NCBI RefSeq assembly: GCF_037042905.1
Contig: NC_087250.1
Coordinates: forward strand, 17,672,001 to 17,736,000
Length of the DNA stretch: 64,000 bases
Source: Lytechinus pictus
Taxonomy: Eukaryota
Reading direction: 5' to 3'
The notes beneath the pieces were generated by a model, which saw only the letters and a program-made list of their open reading frames with translations, had not been told where the DNA came from and did not search any database. The position numbers and the translations under genes were made by a program. Below are positions 1 to 12,151 of the stretch, one piece after another. Every line of letters starts with the position of its first letter. The first letter of the stretch is position 1.

Positions 1-70
1 AATTTATAGGCATTATCACTAATGTGCTAATATATAGATTAATGGACATTATCTTTTTTTTAAGGAGGAA

Positions 71-311
71 CAGGCGCGGATCCAAGAGAGAGAGAAAAAA
101 AAAGAGAGACGAATTGACCTTGCATATAAAGTTGAAAACCTTTTTTTTTTGGCTTGTTAATTTGTTGGTGGACGAATTACTGATCTTAAATTTAGGTGAC
201 AACCTTTTTTTTTTTTGCTTGTCAAATTTCCAATGGGTAAATAAAATATGGCACTCCTTAAAAAAATCCTGAATTCTGAAGCACCCCGTAAAATTTCAAC
301 TCTGGATCCGA
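71..311. mobile_element. Degenerate hAT-like MITE (CAGGCGCGGATCC end)
   Basis: 5' CAGGCGCGGATCC and 3' CTGGATCCG; same terminus type as the 54505-59097 element; TSD not recovered. Confidence 0.5.
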
Positions 312-604
312 GGGAAGGGGAGGGGGAGGGAGTAAATCATGGGTGTGAATGGGAGAATATTAATAAATAAATAATTATTTACCAATGACGTCACTATTCA
401 ATATAAAGTATTATAATGGTTATTTCATTTTTTTCTTAATCATCTTGATATTAAGCATGTATTGATCATGGAAGCTGCAAACGTTTGTGAGTGCCATATT
501 TATGAAATTTTGTATTTCGATTGTATTTTTCATATAAATATTCTCACTCTGACTCTTTTCTGTCGAATTCCACCCCCTCTTTCTCTCTCTCTCTCTCATA
601 TTAG

Positions 605-740
605 CTTTTGGTTACCAATGATATTCGATGAGAATCAATGCGAAGCCGTCTGGGATAAGGAAACCTGTTCCTACTCCGTTGTGAACCGCGACCCGACCGA
701 CACAACGCCTTGTGAAATCTTCGCTGGAATTCTGAAATAG
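605..740 (+). CDS. Terminal coding exon of a beta-microseminoprotein (PSP94/MSMB)-family secreted Cys-rich protein; upstream exons lie outside the window or were not recognised
   Basis: Polypyrimidine tract (CT)n plus TTAG acceptor (AG 603-604), phase 2. Peptide xFWLPMIFDENQCEAVWDKETCSYSVVNRDPTDTTPCEIFAGILK* matches the PSP94 C-terminal pattern P-x2-[YF]D-x3-C-x8-C-x-Y-x-VV-x2/3-DP...C. Stop TAG at 738-740. Confidence 0.75.
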
Positions 741-975
741 ATATAGCGCCATCTATAAACAACCTCTGTATAGTACTGTTGATTATTTTTATTCTAAACC
801 ATTGATCCCTATATTTCTGTTAATGAAAAAGACGAGTGTGCTAAACGGGGAAAATGCCAGGGAAATTACATTAGTTTAGTATAAGATTAGACCAATCGTT
901 TTATTTTTTTTTTCATAATTATAATAATTTTTTTTCTGTAATCGATTATATTGCCATATGTAAAAGGAAGGAATT

Positions 976-981
976 AATAAA
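976..981 (+). promoter_or_regulatory. Candidate polyadenylation signal for the PSP94-like gene
   Basis: AATAAA about 235 nt after the stop codon; AT-rich context makes a chance match possible. Confidence 0.4.
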
Positions 982-1041
982 CTCATTAATTTCATAATAC
1001 ATGGATAACTGATGAAATAACGAATTTCATTGATGCAGAAC

Positions 1042-1229
1042 GGTTCTTAACATTTGCTCCGGCGACAATGGCTCCGCTGTGAATTCCACACACTAATGGA
1101 ATCGCCAACTTCAACCCTGGAATTATACCCTTTCCTAAATCTAACATTAACCCTATTGCAACCCCAACCCTATATCTTAGTCGAAATTAAGCCCGCAGGA
1201 ATTGTCGCAGGAGCAAGTGTCGTGTCACC
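1042..1229. mobile_element. MULE-like MITE with 9-bp TSD
   Basis: Imperfect TIRs GGTTCTTAACATTTGCTCCGGCGACAAT / ATTGTCGCAGGAGCAAGTGTCGTGTCACC; perfect TSD ATGCAGAAC at 1033-1041 and 1230-1238. Confidence 0.85.
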
Positions 1230-1608
1230 ATGCAGAACATACAGATATATTGATTGTCAGTGATAACGCCTTGATTGGATCATCAACAAAACAAGCGGAT
1301 CTTGAAATTATTCTAGCTTTGCAAAATTACTAAATTTCATTCAGTGCCGAACTATTGAAATAGCCAAGTGTAAGTTAAACAATGAATGATGTATTTCTGG
1401 TCATACATAATGCCAGAGAGTCGATATTTTAAAAAAAAAATTAATATCATTAGTATTATCGTTCATGATTTTTTGTTTAAATTTTGTTTATGGAGAGAGG
1501 GTTTGGGCATAATTTTGTGTTTTATCTGTTATCATTCTAAACGGAGGACAAAGTGTTTCTTTGAAAAGATGATAATTAATCTTTCTTTGTGAACAGTACT
1601 AGTCTATA

Positions 1609-1831
1609 CACTCTAAATTCCAAGGACTTAAAATAAATCCAGATCTGATGTGAATAGTGACCAGCCGAATTTTGAATTCATTTTAAATCTTAAGGATTAA
1701 CTTTTAAATCTCAAAAGATTTATATTCCAATCTTTTAGATTTATATTTAAATCAAGGTTTAAATTCAATATTCGGCTTGCCTCTATTCACAGCCGATCTG
1801 GATTTATTTTAAATCCTTGGAATTAAGAGTG
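1609..1831. mobile_element. CMC/EnSpm-like palindromic MITE (CACTCT...AGAGTG)
   Basis: Long TIRs flanked by TA on both sides; a truncated relative lies at about 4800-4945. Confidence 0.8.
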
Positions 1832-3059
1832 TAGATTATCATATTTGTCATAATATGATATCAACAAGTCCTTTTCACACTCTTAACACTCCCCACCCAG
1901 GGTGAAAGGTCACAAATGTGCATGAGTCATGCATTGACGTATTGCCAATGAGCTTTTTATGAAGCGTATAAATTTTCGTCCCATCAACGTTGCCCTATAC
2001 GATTTTCCAAGTACCGAAAAAAACAAACGGGTGAAAAATTAAAGGGGGAGAAAAAAGAAGAAGATTATATTAATAGGGAATTATCTGTCGTCAAACGATA
2101 TCATACGTTTTATTCCACTGAGAAAAATATTTCGTCAATTCCTGCCCCATATATCGATTGATGTGTTCATTGATGTATTCCTTATTGTACAATGCAAATT
2201 AATACATTTTGTTTGTTCAACGTAAAACGTTCAATTATTTTTGTTTTCTTTTTTTTGTGTGCTGCTGATGGAGATCATAAGGAGAGGACGATAGAGAAAA
2301 GGATAGAGAGAAAAAAAAGAAAGAAGAAAGGGAGGGAAGGAGAGATAAAGGGGTGGGATGGGAGAGGGAGAGAGCGGAAGGGCAAGTTGGCAACCTACAT
2401 TGTTAGAAAATTTATCCTTAAAATAAAAGAAGTTCCTGCAGCAGAGTCTCGAGAACACCTGTAATCTTACCAGATTGCGTAATCTTACAGGAAATTCGTA
2501 TTTGGTGTATGGAACCTTACAAATTTCCTTTAAAAAAACACCATTTTCCCCTTTTTAAACAGACCTGTTCTGTTAAATTGCAGAAAAAATCCTGTTTTAT
2601 GAATTTACAGAATGATTCTGTTATTGCTTTTTGCTAAATCTTCTTTCTTTTTTCTGTAAAATCAGGGTTTTTTTTACAGTGTATATGACTGGAAGTGAAG
2701 AATATAACAATAGAAGAAAAACAACACGAATTAGTAAAAAGAGAAGCCAGGAAAATTAAGAACTTAAATCATCTTCTTTTTTTTTGATCATCTGAAAAGA
2801 TTAGCTTCCCCCTCCATGGACCGATTAATACCATTTATACACAAGAACAACAACAATAGAGACAACAATAATCGGACATCAATAAAAGACACCCTCTATT
2901 GACGGTCCCTGGACATGCTAATCCCATCTTTATCCTACATCCTCATTATCGTACCCCTATAATTGACCCCATACCAATTAGTAGCACCCCTTTGATCCCC
3001 CTCAATGGGGGTATTAGGGCACCTGTGATGGACCCATGTCGCTTGGTAGAGAGCAAAAT

Positions 3060-3570
3060 AGATGAAAGAAGAACTGGTTTGATAGACGGGTATGTCGATA
3101 ATAGAAGGGGGGGGGGTATAGTCATAAGAGATGGAGACATAGATATATTGGAAGATAGATAAGAGGTAGATAGATTGAGAGATATGGGAGATAGATAGAT
3201 TTGGAGATAGATAAAAGGAAAGTTGAAAAGACAAAATATAGCTAGATGGAATGAAAAATCGATCGTGAGACGATAAATAGAATGATGGATGGATGGATAG
3301 ATAAATAGGTGGATGGATGGATGGATAGATAGATGGATGGATGGATGGATAGATATATAGATAAATAGATAAATAGATGGAAGGATGAATGGATGGATGG
3401 ATAGATAGATAGTTTGATAGGTAGATGGATGTATGGATTGAAGGAAGGATGGATGGATTGATAGGTAGGTAGATAGATAGAAAGAGAGATAGATAGATGG
3501 ATAGATGGATGAATGGGGTTATGAGACAGACTGTATACTGGTAAGTAGATAGATTCATAGATGAATACTA
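3060..3570. repeat. Degenerate (GATA)n/(GATG)n microsatellite
   Basis: Tetranucleotide runs visible directly. Confidence 0.9.
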
Positions 3571-3999
3571 ACAAAAATACAATTTAAATTCCTTGTTTTT
3601 TGGGGGACACACATCTGTATTACATAGGCCTACTGCATAAATTGATATAGAGTTCAATTGTAGTTCCAAATCTTTATTTATTAAAACTATTAATGGAATG
3701 CGTATCATCCCACATAAATACATGTATGAGTTGAGCAGGGAGACTGAACATGTTTGAATGTCGGCTCATGTTCAAGTGGACGCCCTAACACGTAGAAATA
3801 TTTTTACACCGTGAAAAAGGTTCACAGACAAAAATTTATAGACTGTGACATTTCCTCAAACATAGGTTATGCTACAGTATCAAGTATGTTTTCTCGGAGA
3901 AAGAAAGTCATGTAGCTAGCCTGTGAAATCAGACTCGAACTCTTGAACAAAAACTACAGTCGGATGTGAGACGGCTTCTATTGAAATTGAACAGAAGGT

Positions 4000-4775
4000 C
4001 CACTGAATTGAATTGATCTGAATTAAAATGAATGGAATCGAACCGAATTAAATGAAATTAAGTTGAATTGAAATGAATCATATTGAATGGAATCGAAGTA
4101 GACTTAATCGAAGTTGAATTGAGCTTGAATCGAATTAAATGGAATTAAATTTGAATTGAATCTAATTGAATCTAATTGAACTAAGTTAAGTTGGGTTAAA
4201 CTGAATTTAACTGAATGGAATGGAATTGATTTGAATTGAAATGAACCGAATCGAAATGAATTTAATTGAATTAAGCTCAGATGAGCTATACACTGAATTA
4301 ATTGAATGGAAACGAAGTAATATGAACTGAACTGACTTGAATTGTTTTTTTAATTGAAACGAATGAATCGAAACGAATTGAGTTTTAAAGAAAAGAAAGA
4401 ATTCAATTGAATAAAGTTTAGTTGAGTTGGATCAAATTGATCCGAAAGGAATCGGAATTAACTTAACATTGGAATTAATATAATTAAATTGAATAAAATA
4501 ATAAAATGAATTATTCGTATTTAAATGAATTGAAACAAACTGGATTAGATAAAGATTAAGTGGAATAAAACGAGTTGAATTAAATAGAATGAAATTGAAA
4601 AACAAAATGAAATCGAAACAAAATGAACTGAATCGAAAAGAATTGCATCGAACTAACTAAATTTGATTGAACTGCATGGAATCGAAATGAATTTGAATTA
4701 AAACAAAATAAATATATAGATATTACATAGAGAAATAAATTATAAGAAATGAATTGAGTCGAATCGAATTATACG
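4000..4775. repeat. Degenerate (GAATT/GAATC)n pentamer repeat
   Basis: 5-bp periodic GAATT variants over about 770 bp. Confidence 0.85.
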
Positions 4776-6089
4776 TACAGGGACATGGAATATCATTTGA
4801 ACCTTTTAGATTTAATCTAAATCTTGCGGATTTGAAATCAAATCTCTTCAGATTTAAAGGTGAAACTTTAGGATTGTAAAATAAATCCAGCTTGCCACTC
4901 TTCACAACCGAGCTGAATTAATATCAAATCCTTGAAATTTATTGTTTATCTATTAGTTTTAGACGATTTAAAATTTCGAGCGACCGGTATCAGAAAAATT
5001 GATGCGATCTGTCCTAGCACTGCCCTACATTTCATACCGAAATCACGCAGCTATTGAAAGCGATGCAGATTTTATCTATCTCCCCTTCCACTCACAGACT
5101 TTCACCATCCTTTCCGAATGGCACAAACTCGACAGAAATCGTATTCTGTTTCTTTCGAGTTGTCATAAAATTCTATACCCATCTTGACATAGCTGTTAGT
5201 CAGGCCCAGACAAGCAATAAAACATATTTTTTTCTCGGTGCCCGATGAAAACCCTTTTTTTACTGCTTAAGTGACAAATCTGATTCACAATTATGAAGGG
5301 ATTAGGACTTTCTGCCCTTTAATAAAAAGGGGAAAAGAGAAAGAATAAAAAAGTTGTAGTCTATGAATGAAGACCCATAGCGCTGTTGTAAAAAATGACA
5401 GGTCAGAGAATATCATTGACCAGCTTGGCGTATGGACTCCTAAAGTTTGCACAGATTAACCCATGAAAATGTATCCAAGCTGAAACTGAAAATATGATAA
5501 ATAGATAAAGTAAATAAGTAAATAAATTATAAAATGCATAAAAATGAAAATAAAAAATTATATAAAACAGATTGAATAAGATTATAAAATTGTGAACTAG
5601 AAAAAATAAACATATCGAAATATAGTCCCCTAACCGGCGAACATAAAATTATAGACATATCATGAAAATACCCTTTGCCCGAATATATTGTACGAAGCGC
5701 TGCCATAAAATGATGAAATCGGGGTCGAGAATATAGACTACGACGACCCATGTCAACCAAACAATTATTTATCGCAGCATTCCAACACGTCTGGGGACAT
5801 GTCAACACCCCTCCCTCGTTACGACTTGGACGAAATGGAATCGTCCACTTTCAAAGTATGTTTAGTCTGATACCGCAGACAAGTTTGCTAAAACCATAAA
5901 GTACATGTTCATGGTTATAAGTATAAGTATTTATTCATTGTTCATAAATGGAAATTCTTCTTGTTTACATGCCGTGCAAAATGATAGACAACAAATTGTA
6001 TGTATTTAACATGAACAATGCAATCTACATTTGGAACATGACAATAAACATAATATATCTTACATGATAATTCATAACAGAGTATTTAA

Positions 6090-6673
6090 AGGAGAATGAA
6101 ACCCTTGAAACCAGCTGAATCCATATCAAAGAGAAAAATCAAAGAAACATATTGTTGAAAGTTTGAGGAAGATTGAATGAATAATAAGAAAGTTATGAGC
6201 ATTTGAATATTGAGATCACTAATGCCATGTAGATCCTCCGATTGGCAATGCGACCAAGATCTGTGATGTCACACACGTACAACTCCCTCATTACTTTAGT
6301 ACTTATTTCACTTATATTCTCACTTTTATAGAGTCTATCACAAGGTGAGGTGTTCTCTTTATGAGAGGACAAGTACAGAGGTTTCACAACATTATATCAT
6401 TGATGAATCGTTTGTCATATGATTAGAATGAGCAAAAAGAGATGTTTTGGGGTATATTTTCAGTGCCCAAAAGGGGAGAGTTGTTTATCTGTGACATCAT
6501 AGATGTTGGTCAAATTGCCAATGGGAGGATCTCCATAGCATTAGTGATCTCGACATTCAAATGCTCAAAACTCTTCTATTGCTAGTCCTATTTTAATCAA
6601 ACTTTTGTTGATCTTATTCTTTGATTTTTCTGCTTTCACAAAAGCTAACTTGCTCCAAGAGTTTCATTCTCCT
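6090..6673. mobile_element. Kolobok-like non-autonomous DNA transposon
   Basis: TTAA|AGGAGAATGAAAC...GTTTCATTCTCCT|TTAA with about 190-bp imperfect TIRs; related copy at 62902-63596. Confidence 0.85.
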
Positions 6674-6748
6674 TTAAATAACATGAAAGGCATTATATGA
6701 GTTCACTGAAATTTGCAATTTGGGAAAGTTATAGCAAGCCAAACAAAA

Positions 6749-7030
6749 CAGTAGCGTACAGATGGGGGGGGGGGGGGCTTCGGGCGCTTGCCCCCCCCCA
6801 ATTTTTCATGACCACGATAACAAAAAAAAAAAGGAAAGGAAAGAGAGAAGGGTGAAATACTAGTATGATATTATTTTCTGAATATTATGCCAAAATCGAT
6901 CACAAAATTGGACTATCTTAATAAAAATGTTGAAATTTTTGCTCGCTCGTTCACAACTTAAAAAAAAAATGAATTTTACCCGATACGCCATATCTGCCCC
7001 CCTCAAAATATTTGGCTCATTACGCCACTG
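6749..7030. mobile_element. hAT-like MITE with 8-bp TSD
   Basis: CAGTAGCGTA...TACGCCACTG; TSD AAACAAAA at 6741-6748 and 7031-7038; poly-G and GCTCGCTCG motifs. Relatives at about 18127-18520 and 19824-20122. Confidence 0.85.
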
Positions 7031-9694
7031 AAACAAAAGGTTGCTTTGAATAAATAAAAATAAACCACGACTAACACTGATAATTTCATCGAAATGGGTG
7101 TAAAATACTTGTGGAATTATTATTCCAAAGGTCAAATCCGACTTTGAAATATTTCGTTATAGTTTGAAAATAACTATTCGAAAATAGAGATTATGCTAAA
7201 GACAGCGTGTAAATATTCATATCTGAATGGTACGCGCCTCAAATCCCAAATAACCAACAGCAATAACACCAACATTACAACAACCCTATACAAAATCATT
7301 TTTTTTCTTCACCCCACTCAGCCAATCACACCCCTCCCCCCTACGTTGTGCGAAGGAAATGGACGAGTCCAGTCACCAGTCTGTCAGGACCTGTCAACTA
7401 TTCGCCGCGGGGTAGGCATTCCCCGATATTACAGAGGGATTCTCAGGAGACAAATTAGTGGACTTCGGAACACAATTTCTTCATTTCACCGCTATGACGT
7501 TTCGTCCCGGCCCCCGCGGCGAACGGGGGAATAAGAAGCAGAAGAGAGAAAAATAACCAAAACTGACGCAGAAAAAAGACGGTACATACATTTTTCGTCT
7601 CCGCTTTCAGTCACATTATTTTTAGATTTTTGTTTTTGAGACGGGATTCTTTCCCACACTTGGGACAGAAACAATTTTGACAACATTTGGTCTTCGGTTT
7701 CCAACAACTGAAATAGGAATAAAGGACGACCCATGCAGACTGCGCTGAATAGTGGACTATTGTAGTCTTTATGGAAATTTTTCTTGCATTTGCCTCTCTT
7801 TTTGCACTCACTTTTCACTCCTCTTGGTAGTGACGTCAATGATCACTCAAATTGGAGTGAATTTAGAGTGAACTTAGTAACAACAACGAACGGTTCACAA
7901 AATTTTCACTGGTTAAAAAGGTGAAATTAACTAAATAACACTCAAAAGTTAATCTTAATAAAGTGGTTTATTCACTCTCTCCGGGGAGTGAATTAATGTT
8001 CACTAGTTTTTGAGTACATTATCGCTGTGTTCATAGGAAGAACAGAGCAGCCATTATACAGGGCCCTGTAACGATTTTTTGACTGGGGGTGCTGAAGTAA
8101 ATTTGACAAGCAAAAAAAAAAGTTTCACTAAAAATGAAGATTGGTTTAGGTCCCAAGAAATTTGACAAGCGAAAAAAAAGGCAAGAGGTTTCACTCCAAA
8201 ATGTTGTGCATTTGGGTTACATTACCCACCAGAATTCTAGGGGTGCTGCCCATGGAAATCACACACGCAATACCCCACGGACAATTTTGGAGGTGCTTCG
8301 GCACCAACGCTACCCAGGGTCATGCCATGATATCAGCGGCTTTGAATAGAGTGATCCTTTTTTTATGCCATATCTTTACAATGTATTGTTTTTATTCTCA
8401 TACGGTAAATAAAACCAAACCAAATAAAATCTCAGAACATCTGTCTAAACCCATTCGGTATTCCATTTTGGTCTGATAAACATTTGACTCAATATTACGT
8501 CGTCTACTCATTAAAATGATGATACGGATCCCAATCAAAATAATGACCATGGCTGACATCTAGATCACGTGACCAGACATTTATTTCAGCCGAAAGACAA
8601 ATTTGCTAATGAACGGAAGTAATAACTAGTTCTTTTGACCAGCCATGGTTTGAGATCTTACATAATACATATCAATTTGCTCAGGCATTATTAGAATAAT
8701 TGCACATGTTACATTAATTTTTAGAACAATCCAAAACGCCCTCGACTTTGCCTTGGGCGTGCATAAAACTGTTCCAAAGGTATTTCGTGCTTTTCATTTT
8801 TTTGTTTACTGATGCCTTAGTATTATTATTATTACATGAGAATTTGGTTCATAAATCGTTCATTCACCTATTAAAATGTAAGAGACAAAATTGTAAATTA
8901 GTAAAATGGGGAATTGGCAGTGCAGTTAGGCTATACCGATGAATCGATTACAAGATGAAGTCTGAAAAATTAAGACTAATCAGAGTGTGCGCGCGTACCC
9001 AAGAGAAATTTCACCTGTCTCGAAATCACAACCGGCCCCATGCATTTAAAGTCAACTGGGGTTTTGTTTGTCATTGTTTTCCATCAAATCTAATAAATTT
9101 ATCTTTAGCTGGCGTTTTTTTTCATTTTGACAGAAATTGAAGACAGCAACTACGTTTGAGAAATGGCGATGTCAAAGTTTGTAAGATTTTTTTCAAAGGA
9201 AGGAAAGGAAGCTGTCTTGGTTTTTGTTTACTTTATTACGAGGAAGCCTGATTGTGTTTGACATGGTATGGAGGAGAGATGAAAGATGAGAAAGAGGGAG
9301 AGAGAGTGAGAGTGAGAGAGAGGGGGAGGGAGGGGAGAAGGGGGAGGGGAGAAGGGGGGGGGGGGCAATATGCGATATGAAGACAGTTTATATCATTATT
9401 CACGTTTCATAATACATTCTGGATTGGCAATGTTGGCATTCGACGAAATTGCGAGAAAAATGAACTTGACAGCCTCCCTGTGCATCAACACATTGAATGG
9501 AAAAGTTATTTCCTTAAGTTATTTGAATTTAATTGTACCCTACTTATTTTCAAAAATGAAATAAAGTGCCTCTACGCAAGCAAGGCGTCTGGTCTGCAAA
9601 AGCGCTCATTGCTTTTAGGGAATTTCCCCCAAATAATGGTTAAAAAGAAAACAAAAATATTGATAATAAATGAGAAATTTGACTATCATTGACT

Positions 9695-9852
9695 GACTGG
9701 AATACTCCCAGGGAGTGGAGGATGTGCACACATTGTGTGCGGGAATGACTGATTGAATCCGATGACCGGGGTAATATTATATCTGTACAGTGCTTAGACA
9801 CGTCGTTCCGATGTATTAAGCGCTATATAAAAAAACGGATTATTATTATTAT
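9695..9852 (+). mobile_element. 5'-truncated SINE (3' half with L2-type tail)
   Basis: GGATGTGCACAC...GATGACCGGGGTAAT...GCTTAGACACGTCGTTCCGATGTATTAAGCGCTATATAAA followed by (ATT)n; closely similar copy at 63722-63878. Confidence 0.8.
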
Positions 9853-10124
9853 TGATAAAAAAGATGAAGTCAAAATTTGAGGATGATTTCCATTCGCAAA
9901 TCGCCACTATAAGACCAAAGTGTCAATTTAATTCAATCGATTCAGTTTCAATCCATAGGTCTGTGATATAGAATGTATAATATAAATATTTCCCCACCTG
10001 CATTTTACACACGTGGGCATATATGTCTAAATATCATTATGAATAAAATATATTTTTTAAAATGACATGTGCGAATTGAGTTCTTTTGTAAATTTCCAGT
10101 TATTCCACTGTATAGAGAAATCTG

Positions 10125-10279
10125 GGGCCCGTTTCATAAAGAGTTACAACTGTTCTAAATTTGCCATAATGCCAACTACCATGGAAACAGGGCTTAGCAG
10201 CCAATCATAATCATGGTTATCATGGTAGTTGCCATAATGGCAAAGTTACAACAGTTGTAACTCTTTATGAAACGGGCCC
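10125..10279. mobile_element. PIF/Harbinger-like palindromic MITE
   Basis: GGGCCCGTTTCATAAAGAGTTACAACTG...CAGTTGTAACTCTTTATGAAACGGGCCC with CWG flanks; degenerate relatives at about 12345-12470, 26440-26600 and 62490-62640. Confidence 0.85.
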
Positions 10280-10384
10280 CAGATATTTTATTTGTAGTCG
10301 AGTTGAATCGATCCCTATTGCTTTCCTGCCATTTTAAGGCCCCCGATCCTCCTGCTCATCTGTTTATTGTTTTCATTAGGCCTA

Positions 10385-10755
10385 CAAGAAGTTTTTTATT
10401 TTCCATTTAAGTAACACAAGATCTTCTGATTCAAAATTGCTTGCAGTTCCTAAATCCAAGAAATCATGGGGGGGGGGGTCGGTCATTTGCACATGCTGGA
10501 CCATCCTTGTGAAATTAGTTGCCATATTCCATTCGTTGTATTTCAAATATCGCTAATTTCAAAATTGCTCTAAAAACCCATTTGTTTAAAATTGCCTTCC
10601 AGTAGTTTCCTTTCATTTTCATGACTGTGCTTCTTTTATCTTTGTCCCTTTCTGATCCATGTAATTTTTCTCTTATTTCCTTTTCGCAGCGAATTGAGCA
10701 CATAATCAATGTGGATTTGGCGCTTTAGAAATATTCTATATTATTATTATTATAA
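10385..10755 (+). mobile_element. L2-clade LINE 3' fragment (decayed ORF2 end, 3' UTR and tail)
   Basis: Conceptual translation across frameshifts and stops gives RSSDSKLLAVPKSKKSWG-RSFAHAGPSL..N.LP...FKIALKTHLFKIAF, typical of L2 ORF2 C-termini; ends GGCGCTTTAGAAAT...(TTA)n. Confidence 0.75.
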
Positions 10756-11169
10756 CATACAAAAAAATTGTATCATGATTGGATCATCATCGTTAAAGAA
10801 ATTACATCGTACAATTAAAATCACCTCTAAAGAACCTGACGAAAAGGAAAACATTCAGTGTATGGAAATAATGATTCGAAAAAAAAAAGATCATCTTAGC
10901 GATCCAAAGTATGAATATGACAGTTGATGAATCAAAAGCATATACACCCCCACTCTACTACATCTCAAGATGCATTGAAAATGACAGCATCTTATACTTC
11001 TCTCTAAAACATGAATAAGACTGACATCTTTTACTCGTCCGGGTTTTTTTTCTTCCAAGACCTACTTTAGATTGTCACGAACTCTGATTGACATACGTAA
11101 TAGTGCCTTTCCATTGTACGTTTTGTTTAAAGGGAAAACTATCTTTCCTTTACCTCAATAGGCCACTGA

Positions 11170-11335
11170 AACTGCCAATCACACCGATGAAGAGAGGGAG
11201 AACTATGTACACAATTTTCGTGTATTGTTACTGAAATAATAGCCCGGGCGAACACTGACTGCGCCCGTACAAAGGGAATGTCAATTGAGGCGGGGAGTCT
11301 ATTGTGCGCGCGTATTGAATGAGGTGTTCAGTAAG
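11170..11335 (+). promoter_or_regulatory. Candidate TATA-less core promoter of the sFRP gene
   Basis: CCAAT at about 11175, HMG-type ACAAAG at about 11269, GC-box-like GAGGCGGGG at about 11287 and Inr-like TCAGT at 11328-11332. The following 268 nt are CpG-rich and contain no ATG before the start codon. Confidence 0.45.
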
Positions 11336-11598
11336 CAGACGACAGCCCTGCGCGATAGCCTCGCTCGATCACTCATTCTGTCCGCCGCTGTGATTTCGTC
11401 TGCCGCAACAGGTGAATACGGTCACGGATTCGTCACTGCTTGCTCAATTTTGCAGACGACTGTCGAACACTCTTGTTGTCGATAAAAGATTGATCCATTT
11501 GGTTTCAGTTTTGACGAGAAACTGCTGTTTCCAGCTCTGTATCTGTTCAGGAAACATTATCCGTGCCTTCGCCTCAGTACGAGATACACACCGACATC

Positions 11599-12151
11599 AT
11601 GATCGAGAGGTTGCTCGTGATATTCCTTGCTTTCGTCGCGTCGACGCCCGCCGTCGTTTGGGGGCAGGAGACGGAGACAGACATGGCGATGCTCGGGGTG
11701 AACTCCCGCACGTACCCGCTCGACCTCAGCGGTCGCCCCAAGGAATCAGTATGCGTCGACATCCCGGAGGATCTGAGCTTATGTCAAAATATTGGATACA
11801 CACGGATGCGGATGCCGAATCTATTGGAACATGATACCATTGAGGAAGTCAAAAACCAAGCTAAGAGCTGGATTCCTCTTCTCCTTCAGCACTGTCACGA
11901 AGGCACCCAGCTCTTTCTCTGCACCCTCTTCGCTCCGGTCTGCCTTGTCCTCGACCGCCCTATCTACCCGTGCCGGTCGCTCTGCGAGGAGGTCCAAGCC
12001 GGCTGCGGTCCCCTGATGGAGTCCAACTGCTTCCCGTGGCCGGATATGCTCAGGTGCGACAAGTTTCCCGAGGACAACGATCTCTGCATCCGACTGAACA
12101 TGCGGAATCAGAACGGGACCGTCGAGGCTCAGCCATTTGAGATGTCTGCAG
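11599..12151 (+). CDS. sFRP1/5: Secreted frizzled-related protein (sFRP1/2/5 type), exon 1: signal peptide and Frizzled CRD
   Basis: ATG in acATCATGa context; hydrophobic leader MIERLLVIFLAFVASTPAVVWG; CRD CVDIPEDLSLCQNIGYTRMRMPNLLEHDT...FLCTLFAPVCL...IYPCRSLCEEV...FPWPDMLRCDKFP.DNDLCI; phase-1 donor CAG|GTACGG (alternative in-phase donor after 12166). Confidence 0.95.

Noticed and set aside
1110..1172. Telomere-like AACCCT motifs
   Set aside because: Scattered and internal to the MULE-like MITE; not a telomeric array
2935..3574. 207-aa and 110-aa SIHP-rich ORFs
   Set aside because: Translations of the (GATG/GATA)n microsatellite
11563..11598. Upstream extension of the sFRP ORF given in the ORF track
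   Set aside because: It starts at GTG. The first ATG (11599) has a good Kozak context and is followed directly by the signal peptide.
11412..12016. Overlapping ORFs 11412-11834, 11574-11762 and 11792-12016
   Set aside because: Shadow frames of the GC-rich sFRP exon with no recognisable protein features
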